NCBI RefSeq assembly: GCF_964355755.1
Contig: NC_092673.1
Span: 34,221,648-34,285,647 of the forward strand
Direction: 5' to 3'
DNA: 64,000 nucleotides
Origin: Antedon mediterranea
Lineage: Eukaryota > Animalia > Echinodermata
Positions 54,798 through 64,000 of this stretch are shown here, piece by piece. Under the pieces are notes generated by a model, which had not been told where the DNA came from, ran no database searches, and saw only the letters and a program-made list of their open reading frames with translations. The position numbers and the translations under genes were made by a program. The stretch's first letter is position 1; each line of letters begins with the position of its first letter.

Positions 54798-55127
54798 CGA
54801 ATTGTCAAGGATGTCTTTGAGAACTGTAAAAATCCAACAACCGAGGTAGTAGATCGCGATATATCAAGATTCAAGTTAGAAGAACCGCAATTTCTTGCAG
54901 CCGAACCGTCGCAACTACGAAAAGCGTGGATTAGAATGTTGTCCGAGGGTACAGAGATTAAACTGAGAGAACGATTTGGACACGACGTGGACACTTATTT
55001 ACGCCATATAAGACTGGTAGAAGATGAAATTATAGAAAAGGACAAACTGCACAGATTCAGACCATTGGTTTACAAGACTGGTGAAAAGAAACTTTCACTG
55101 TGTACGTGTTCAAAACAAACGTTATGA
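54798..55127 (+). pseudogene. Tyrosine-recombinase-like C-terminal fragment
   Basis: PSQLRKAWIRML..LRERFGHDVDTYLRH resembles the (H)xLRK...GH...T..Y box II region. Confidence 0.45.
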
Positions 55128-55577
55128 ACTTTTAATATATATATTCATATTATGTTTATGGTCTTTTATAAATTACATTGTATACATGTGGGTTTTTTTT
55201 TGTGTGTGTGCGTGTGTTGCCAATAAAACGAATGAAATTTAGCCGTCTCGTTCTCTGTTTTAATCATTACAGACAAGAATAGCATTGATAAACGCGCACT
55301 TTATAATGAACACAGATAGTATGTGTACTGTAAGAAAATACATCGCGTAATTATTTATTCTATTAACAAGTTTTTTCGAAAATCATAAAATGGTCTTTTT
55401 TATTTTGTTTTTCAAAAATTATGTATAAATAAAAACTAAACTAAATTATTATCATTTCAGATTATTGTTTCTAATTGACATTGCCTTAACAAAAATTTTG
55501 TTAAAATGCTGTTTTTAATTGAATGTAGGAGAAATAATGAAAATAATTTCTTTTAATGCACAAGATTGTAATAAAGG

Positions 55578-56696
55578 TTGTCGTTTGCAGCCATACTTTG
55601 TGAGAAGGGGGATCCGGATCTGGTCTCATTTGAGAAACAGGAGAACGTGCTAAGAGCTAAACTAGTTGATGCAATTAGCAAGAATGATTTGCGTAGTTTA
55701 GCAGTCACTGGCACTAGAATAGCCGACTGTCCAAAGATGATCACCTCAAAAGTGCATTGCATTTGCAGAAAACCAGCATCCCCAGAAATGTTGCGCTGCA
55801 CGAATTGCAGTTCTCTTTTTCACCCAGCATGCATTGGAATAAACAGCAATGCACTACAATTCACATGCTCAGTATGCAAAAGAAAGCTGAAACGCAAACT
55901 TGATGAATATAACACCATCGAAGGACCAAGGAAACTAGCTAGACTGGAATCGGTAAAGCAAGATCAAGCGTTAATTGAACAGCTGCATGCAGTGTACAAT
56001 TTCGTCAATGACATAGTAATCATGAACGTCAGTCAGTCAGAAGATGAGTTTTATTTCGGTTTTCCTTCACACACCGTATGCAGACCGGAAGGAAACGTGA
56101 AATGTGTACGTGTACATCTGCTACATAGACGGATAGCACACACTATTTTTTTTAAATGTAGGAAAATACATTTATTCACTTCTATATATAAATTACGCAA
56201 TGTGATCAGTGAAGTAGATCACATTACATGTGCAGCGTACGGTGATTTGGAGTTGTCATTCCAAATAGGAGTTCACACAAACATCGACGATACAACAAGA
56301 AGTCCTCTGTGTTACTGGCCGAAATTTCTACTCGAAATGCGTGAATGGATACACATTGCGACTGGTCATAGTTACATTATGGTGACTTTGACAAGAGCAG
56401 AGGATTCAGCGGAATGCTATCTTAATAATGTACAAAGGAGCGAAACAAGTCCTGTATGCATTATGTCTCTTGGACCTACTAGAATCTGTAGATTCGAACA
56501 CCGTACAAAAAACCCCATTAAACCGGTGAACATAAAAATGGAGCATGGTTCGATGCTGGTAATAAATTCTGAAACAATCAATGAATGGTCAAGAACTGTA
56601 CCAAAGACAGATGGAATAGGAAGCACCAGCATATTAACATTTATGAACATTGAAAGGTATAGTAACATCAATATTACAACAAACAATGTATTGTAG
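55578..56696 (+). CDS. 5'-truncated ORF: Ulp1/C48-like tail + PHD finger + catalytically degenerate ALKBH2/3-like domain
   Basis: FAAILC..DP..F.Q..LR; HCICRKP..CTNCSSLFHPACI..FTCSVC; AYGD..WPKFLLEMR..ATGH..SLGPTR..MEHGSMLV..W..TVPK..LTF; intronless, starts at a junction with no ATG. Confidence 0.75.
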   Translation: MSFAAILCEKGDPDLVSFEKQENVLRAKLVDAISKNDLRSLAVTGTRIADCPKMITSKVHCICRKPASPEMLRCTNCSSLFHPACIGINSNALQFTCSVCKRKLKRKLDEYNTIEGPRKLARLESVKQDQALIEQLHAVYNFVNDIVIMNVSQSEDEFYFGFPSHTVCRPEGNVKCVRVHLLHRRIAHTIFFKCRKIHLFTSIYKLRNVISEVDHITCAAYGDLELSFQIGVHTNIDDTTRSPLCYWPKFLLEMREWIHIATGHSYIMVTLTRAEDSAECYLNNVQRSETSPVCIMSLGPTRICRFEHRTKNPIKPVNIKMEHGSMLVINSETINEWSRTVPKTDGIGSTSILTFMNIERYSNINITTNNVL

Positions 56697-57420
56697 TAAA
56701 TTCTTGGAGCGGTAACGTTAAATCATGAACGTCAGCCAGTCAGTAGAAGACACACACATCCCGCATGCAGAGCAGAACGAAACATGAAAATATATCTGCT
56801 ACATTTTCAACTTAATAACCTTTTTCATACATTATGATTTACTTTATTATAACTCTAAAATATGAAAGAAATAAATCTTTTTTTATATTACTCTCAGTGT
56901 TTTATGTGTGTGAATTATGCAGTTCTGATCCTGATAGAGCAGTAACACGCATCCGTATCTAATTTTGAAAGTCAACGACGACGTACCGCTCATAGTAAGC
57001 GTCGAAAAATCCAGATCCGAATACAATGCGGTGGTGGTGGCCAAAGAAGAAGTTTCATCTGCGAAACGACCATGTAGAGGATTTTTGTTTTTTTAATAAA
57101 TTAGTAGTATAGTAGTAGTATAGTAGTAGTAGCAGTAACAGTATAGCCAATATAACTTGTAAAGTAAAAATCAATAAACGGACAGTGTATGGGGCCCTTA
57201 AAAAGTGTGAGGCTGAACTTGCAATTTACCAAACTCACTGAGCAGTGATTGATATTAAAATCAAATATAGTCATTTCTTATTCTTTTATGTACATTTAGT
57301 ATTTTTCAGAATACATGGGCCATAACTAAGAGGGTATTACCAAATGCATTAAGGCAGGCCAATGCAGAGGTTATGCGAGTTTACCTTATGCGTAGACTCC
57401 TTCAAGAAAGAAGAAAAGGA

Positions 57421-57530
57421 ACAATAAAAAATGTGAGGCTGAACCTTGTGGTGGAACAGCAAATGAATCATGGATTTCGTGTGACATCTCTGGCAGGTGG
57501 CATCACCAAAACACCTGCACATCCCCCATG
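57421..57530 (+). pseudogene. Degenerate PHD-finger fragment
   Basis: KKCEAEPCGGTANESWISCDISGRWHHQNTC. Confidence 0.55.
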
Positions 57531-58199
57531 CATAGGCTTCTTCAGGAAGGAAAAAGGGAACCCTTAAAAAGTGCACTGAGAGTGCCAACGAATGGATATA
57601 TGTCCTCTCACATATCATACCACATAACGTGGCAGAGTAATTCAACAGCATAAATAAATTTCCCTTTAGCATAGTAACTACATAGTCTTTTTGGGTTTTC
57701 ATTGATGTCACCATTATACTCAGTTTAATTTACTGCATAGACTGCCTGCATACTGTATATGGTTGAGATTCTGCTTATGTGACCACCTAACTTTAGGAAA
57801 CATAACATGATACAATTTAAAGGAAATGATTTATTCAATGTACTAGATCTTACAGTAGGTTTGTTACCTTTAAAAGAATAAGTTAACCTTCTTCGTAAGA
57901 TTGCTGAACTATCTAAATTGAAGAGTTGTGATGTTGAATGAATATCATTAGGTAAATTGACGTTGATGGAATATTAGAATTGAAGGATTCTACAGTACCA
58001 GCCAGAAAGTTTGATCTTGACTCAGGTTGATAAAGACAGCATGGAGAGAATGGAAGACAACCAAGGTTGTTAAAATTCTGCCTATTTGATCACATACCTT
58101 TAGGACACATTATCAAGTTCTCTTGAACTTGAATAAAAATTTATTGAGGTACAGGTACAGTAATACTAATCTGCCACCTCAATGGACCCTTGGAAGGAG

Positions 58200-58580
58200 C
58201 CACAAAATACCGGATATAGGTTTGTTCACGGTGATACTGATTTGATCCTGTTAACGAGATGAAGATAGAAAGTGGCAAGAGAGAATAGTGTACATGGCTG
58301 GTGAGATCCACCCTAGCCATGAACACTAGGTTTTGGAAAGCAAGGGAGGTGTACAGGCAAGTCGACTTTGGCAAGACAACAACAATAAGACCGCCAACGT
58401 TTTATTTGCTCACAATGGGGAAAGAATTGTCGTTTTTGACTTTTGCAGAACTAATGAGGACAAAGTCAACTACCAAGTAATTTGAAGCCATTGAAAATGG
58501 CTTTATTTTAACTCTAAACGAATCAATTACAAAAGTATTTGATATTCCACATTTAAGTTAAGTGACAAAGCCTAAAATCC
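58200..58580 (+). pseudogene. Endogenous CRESS-DNA virus Rep remnant (SF3 helicase domain)
   Basis: KWQERI, G..TGKSTLAR, KTANVLFAHNGERIVVFDFCRTNEDKVNYQVI, EAIENGFIF.S..ESITKVFDIPH across frameshifts. Confidence 0.75.
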
Positions 58581-60220
58581 TCATATGAAGAATGGAGCAA
58601 ATGATTAAATGCACAAGAAGATGAAGGCTATATAGTGTACTATATAACCTTTTATTAGAAATTGCCAAGTACAAGAAAACACTGAACATAATTTATTCAA
58701 TGCACTAAAACTTTGGTCACCATAGATCATTCCTACTAAAATCAACCTCTCTTAAAGATTACTTAGCATTAATCCAAGTTTGATATTCTTTTTTGTTGAT
58801 CCTATAAAAAATAATAACTCAAAATATATAAATTAAAAATATGTTTTGCAAATGCTCTATTCACATTCTAAAGCTGACAGGTGACCTTGTTTTCAATCTT
58901 CTTGACCTTTCACCATGTCGTTCCACTGTTTGTTCAAACCTGGCTTTTTCTTTCTTGGTAATTTGAGTGTTCTAATTTTGCATTGTGGTTGAGTTGAATT
59001 GCATGATCTATGTCCGATTGATTGATAAGCAAGTTGAGATATTAAACTGGTGTTTTCTTTTTTACTTCTTGTTCTCCAATATAAATATGGTCACAGTTTA
59101 ACAGGCCACTTTAATGCAGCCACAACTTTCCATTTTATCTTTTGGATTTAGTTATGTGGTATATAAAGTCTTTGTTTCGAGGGTTTCCATGAAAATAATA
59201 GAACACCGCTGAATCTTCTCAATTATTTCTTTTGTTTGAAGTTGCCTTTTGTAGGACTACCAAAGCACAATAATTACAAGGCTCATCGGATCTATTGATT
59301 TAAAAAAAAAATAAAATCATCTTCTCTACGTTTCAGCATCTTTGTATCTTATGTGCAAGAGTTACCATAGATGGTGAGTTACACTAATTGGATATCATGC
59401 GATTGTTGACTTCAAATAGTTATCCAGGTTAATTTCCATAATTTTATTGGTCTGTACAGGTTGACATTAGTTGTTAGTCAATGATTCTTCAAATCTTTCT
59501 CAAATATAGGTTTGATGATGACTGCCACTGATGTAATCACTTGTTATTCCATAATGTTCTAGCCATTCCATAAACTTGTTTGTGATAATAAGAGTCTTCT
59601 TGTTGCATCACTGCTGTCAACAACACACAGGTGATGTTAGACCAGACTAAAAATAACAGCACCAGTCTACTTGAGAAAGCAAAGAGCATTCGCGAAACAT
59701 AGTTATAAGGTACTATATTTTTGTACTTAAATTCTTTATTTTGTATTAGATTTAAAAAAAAGATCAAACTTAGGGTATCGTTAAGCAATATCTACGGAGG
59801 TTGATTTTAGTAGGAATGATCTACAGTAATTCAAGTTCTAATGCATCAAAAAAATAATGTACAGGTAATTTTTATTCTCAACCTAAAAAGACAAATACCT
59901 TTTTTATGTATTTTTCAGTGAATCGTTTAGTCACTTGATTTATTTAATAAACTTACTGAATTTACTGGAGTAAACCTTCTATTAGAAATTGCTAAACTAC
60001 CACAATTGGAAGAACGTCGCAAATACAATTGCAAATCGCAAATACCATGAAAATGTCAAAAAAAAAAGAAAAAGCTAAAGGAGCAATCAGTTTGTAATAT
60101 CCGTAAAATGCATTTCCAAAATACCTAAAATATTCGATTCAGACACGAATGATGAAATGTTTAATCACTGAATGGAAATGATTTATTCAATGAACTACAA
60201 TTTACTGGAAGTAAACCTTC

Positions 60221-60300
60221 TACAGTCGACCTTCTCATTTACACACTTCTCAATTACGAACCTTCTATTTTACGAACGCCGTTCGAACGATGACGTCATC
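60221..60300 (+). mobile_element. Left end of a pogo/Tc1-like MITE
   Basis: TA|CAGTCGACCT..ttacgaac repeats; right end not identified. Confidence 0.35.
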
Positions 60301-61121
60301 AGTAATATAATAAAACTTTTACGTACCTACTAATTTATTATCTTCTTAATTTATTAAACTACCCCAAAACAATTATTTCATAAATAAAGCAAAGCTTATT
60401 AAAAACGATCCACGATTTATTTATAGTTTAAAAGTTGTCTATTCTTAGGCCGTTAGCTAGGCCGTTTAGCTAGGCCTAGGCCGTTTAGTCTAGGCTTAAG
60501 CTAGAGATCATCATCCCCACTGCTGGAGTGCATGGAGAGCACCCTGCACGTGTTTTTGAAAAAAACAAAAGTTGATCGCGAACTGCAAAAAAGGCTAGCT
60601 ACGATGACCATACTATCAATTTAGTTTGGTTTGTGCATGTGTTTACGATATAAAAAAACACTTGACTCTTATTTATTAACATTTTAAAACTTTAATGTCA
60701 GTCGTCGCGTAGCCATTTTTCTGGGAATTCCATTTTACTTGCATAGTTGTCAAACACCACACATACATAGTAGCTTAAAAATGTAAATATTTGCGGTCCA
60801 GAACGGATTTTATATTATTACTTTAGGAACAAGTTCGTAAATTACAGTTTGTGTCAAAATATGCATAATAAAAAGTAAACGATTGAATTTTGGTACAGAG
60901 AATGTGTGTAACATAACAAAAAGCAGAAATATCAATCTTTTTGGCATTTAAGGTGTTAATTTACATGTTAAATTTAATTGTTTTATACTGTATTAATATT
61001 TTTAATACTGTTTGTTCTTTATAGTGTACTATACACAGTAAGTTTTACATAGGGCATTTTGTTTGGACATGTTTTTACCACTGATTTAATAGAGGGCGCT
61101 TTTTTCCGAACCTTCTTCTTC

Positions 61122-64000
61122 AACTGATCCAAATGCCGCAGAGGTACCAACACTGTTGCACAGAACAACACAGAAGAGAAGAATATCTACTGTATGCCTC
61201 CCAGAAAAAGCAACCTTGACAACTAATGTCTGTGGAGAAGCTCCTGTAGTAAAGAAATTATGAGATATTCTTCCCAGAAGAATATCTGCTTATTAACGGA
61301 AGAGATTGAGTCTGATAAAGAAAGTTGTCACTGATAAGAAGTGAACACAGTAGTGTACAGGTAATTTTTATTCTCAACCTAAAAAGACAAATACCTTTGA
61401 AGGTAAGAATCCTGTAGTAAAGAAATTATGAGATATTCTTCCCAGAAGAATATCTGCTTATTAACGGAAGAGATTGAGTCTGATAAAGAAAGTTGTCACT
61501 GATAAGAAGTGAACACAGAAGTGTTGGAAAGGTTCTCAATAGACTTTACATCTAAACATTTGGGATGCAGTATTTGAATTGGACATTGAGCCTTTTCAAT
61601 AATAATTGGGATGTAGTATTTAGACTGGAGATAGAGTCCGATAAAACAAGTTATTACTGTATATTATTATTTCTTGATGTGGCAGAAAAATTGCAAGCGT
61701 TTTTGGAAGAAATTTCTTTAAGAAAGCACAATGAAATGTGACAACGTTTCTGAGATATTGTTTGAAGTAGAGAGAGAAATCTCGACAAAAAAGACATGGT
61801 AATAGCTTACTTAGAAAAATTATTACATTCATATGCTAAGTCGGGAAGATGAGAAAGACAATAATATCAAAGGTACTTCACTTGTCATGATTGTATATGA
61901 ATATATATTTTTTCATATAGAATCAACACAGCAACAATCATTATATTCGACAGGTCGTCATCAACGAACTAGAGGCGTGCTCCATGATAGTTTTACAAAC
62001 TATTGTTATTTTTTTTAGGCAGGAAAATGCTTCCAAACCCCAAAAATTATTATTTATATGTTTTCTGTTACAGGCAAAGCATGCTTCTGCCTTTTAAGGA
62101 AGCTTCAGAATTTGACTACAATAGCAATGTAGATTACCTTATAGTTTCGTCGTGCTCTGCTGTACATAACAGCGACATGATGAAAGTAGCAGACATATTA
62201 CAATGGAATGGCTTCACGTATATTAGAATGAAGCCAACAAAAGACAATCAAACAATAATGAAGTATGTCAAAAGACGCAAACACGTTATTGTAGTTCAAA
62301 ATTTATTAGTGTTGGAAAGGTTCTCAATAGACTTTACATCTTTTCAATAATATTTGGGATGTAGTATTTAGACTGGAGATAAGAGTCCGATAAAGCAAGT
62401 TTTTCGGTTTACCTTTTGTTAAAATGCTGTTTTTAATTGAATGTAGGAGACATAATGAAAATAATTTCTTTTAATGCACAAGATTGTAATAAAGGTTGTT
62501 GCAAAATATTTAGCAAAGAGATTGCTGTGAATAATATTAAATATGATTAATTAATTACAATGGAATGGCTTCACGTGTAATGAAGCCAACAAAAGACTTT
62601 ACATCTAAACATTTGGGATGCAGTATTTGAATTGGACAAAAATTCACACAAAAGAGATTGACTGTGAATAATATTAAATATGCATATTATGGAATGTAAA
62701 ATATTTGTATTATATTAAAAGTTCTACTTAATATTGAGATGATAAAAAAAAGTAGCACTTTGGTTACAGTTCCTCCTGTTTGATCATTTAGCTGTAGGAA
62801 ACATAATAATATGAAGAACTAATGATGTATTCCATGCACCAGAAGATAAAGGATATATACTGTATTATTTATTTATTCGGCATGACTAAAAGCTTTATAA
62901 GTGAACACAGAAGTGTTGAGAAGGTTTACTTCATCAGAATTCAACAGACTTTACATCCAAAGGTTCCATTTCTTTCCACAGTTTCAGTCAGTGCTTGATC
63001 ATGGTGCAAAATGATTTAATAATTTGCTACCCAACCTAAGCAGATGCGATAAAGGAGTTGAAGAGGAAGCAAAGACTTTTAATAATTTGTTTAACTGTAA
63101 TGTTTGCACTGGTTATTATCCCATTTTGGTTAAGATTCTTCCTATTTGACCACAATGACATATTATAGAATGTAAAATATTTGTATTATATTAAAAGTTC
63201 TACTTAAGATAAAAAAAAAAGTAACTGTATTTTTATTCTCAACCTAAAAAGACAAATACCTTTTTATATGTATTTTTCACAGAATCGTTTAATCACTGGA
63301 AATGATTTATTTAATAAACTTACTGAAAGTTAAGTTTACCTTCTATTAGAGATTGCTGAAATATCTAATTTGAAGGATGCTACTGAGAGCTTCAAGAGAA
63401 GTATTACTGATGTTAGAAAATCACTCAATGGCTGTGCAGGATATCAATGGTTAAGATTCTGCCTATTTGACCATCTAACCTTAGGGGACATTACAAGACC
63501 AAACTGCAAAGCAAATGATTTATTTAATGCACTAGAAATTGGGTAAACCTTCTTTTAGAGACTACTAAACTATCTAAATTGAAGGGTGCATTCAAACATT
63601 GTACAGAACATAATATCTGTAAAGATAAAGGTTACATTGACAGTTCATCTTTTATTAGACATTGCTAAACTGACAAAATTAAAGACTGCTACAGATCTTT
63701 TAACAAAAATATGAGGATTACAACAGTAACACACTTTGAATTATCAACTGATCCAAATGCAGCAGAGGTACCAACACTGTTGCACAGAACAACACAGAAG
63801 AGAAGAATATCTACTGTATGCCTCCCAGAAAAAGCAACCTTGACAACTAATGTCTGTGGAGAAGCTCCTGTAGTAAAGAAATTATGAGATATTCTTCCCA
63901 GAAGAATATCTGCTTATTAACGGAAGAGATTGAGTCTGATAAAGAAAGTTGTCACTGATAAGAAGTGAACACAGAAGTCTTGGAAAGGTTCTCAATAGAC
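61122..64000 (+). repeat. Local segmental duplications
   Basis: 61122-61349 recurs at 63746-63980; 61244-61349 is tandemly repeated at 61410-61520; 55500-55580 recurs at 62418-62500. Confidence 0.9.
63280..63590 (+). pseudogene. Death-effector-domain gene fragment (best-preserved of many)
   Basis: FKRSITDVRKSL..WLRFCLFDHLTLGDIT..NDLFNALE..VNLLLE; related pieces at 41.7-42.1, 57.8-58.1, 58.7 and 59.8-60.2 kb. Confidence 0.6.

Noticed and set aside
54449-54994. 181-aa minus-strand ORF as a real gene
   Set aside because: Chimera of antisense YR-like sequence and a hAT fragment

Overview
AT-rich, intron-containing animal genomic DNA. The aggcct-rich promoter-like tracts, MITE families and DED fragments tentatively suggest an echinoderm such as a crinoid; this is not proven. 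The left half (~10.2-31.7 kb, minus strand) holds an intact 7-coding-exon NOA1 gene (mitochondrial circularly permuted GTPase, ~790 aa by my exon arithmetic). Its introns and flanks carry tandem repeats, MITEs, a HINE, SINE/LINE pieces and a repeat with a minimal hammerhead-ribozyme motif. The right half (~32.7-64 kb) has no intact host gene that I can recognise. It is a patchwork of short, repeatedly reshuffled gene fragments, mostly in + orientation: YqaJ exonuclease, THAP/Kolobok-like transposase, LTR gag split by a TTAA-specific element, a decayed Helitron Rep-Hel split by a LINE tail, C2H2 and tyrosine-recombinase-like pieces, hAT pieces, an Ulp1-tail/PHD/dead-AlkB ORF, a CRESS-DNA-virus Rep remnant and many death-effector-domain pieces. 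All family calls come from motif recognition by eye; no searches were run.
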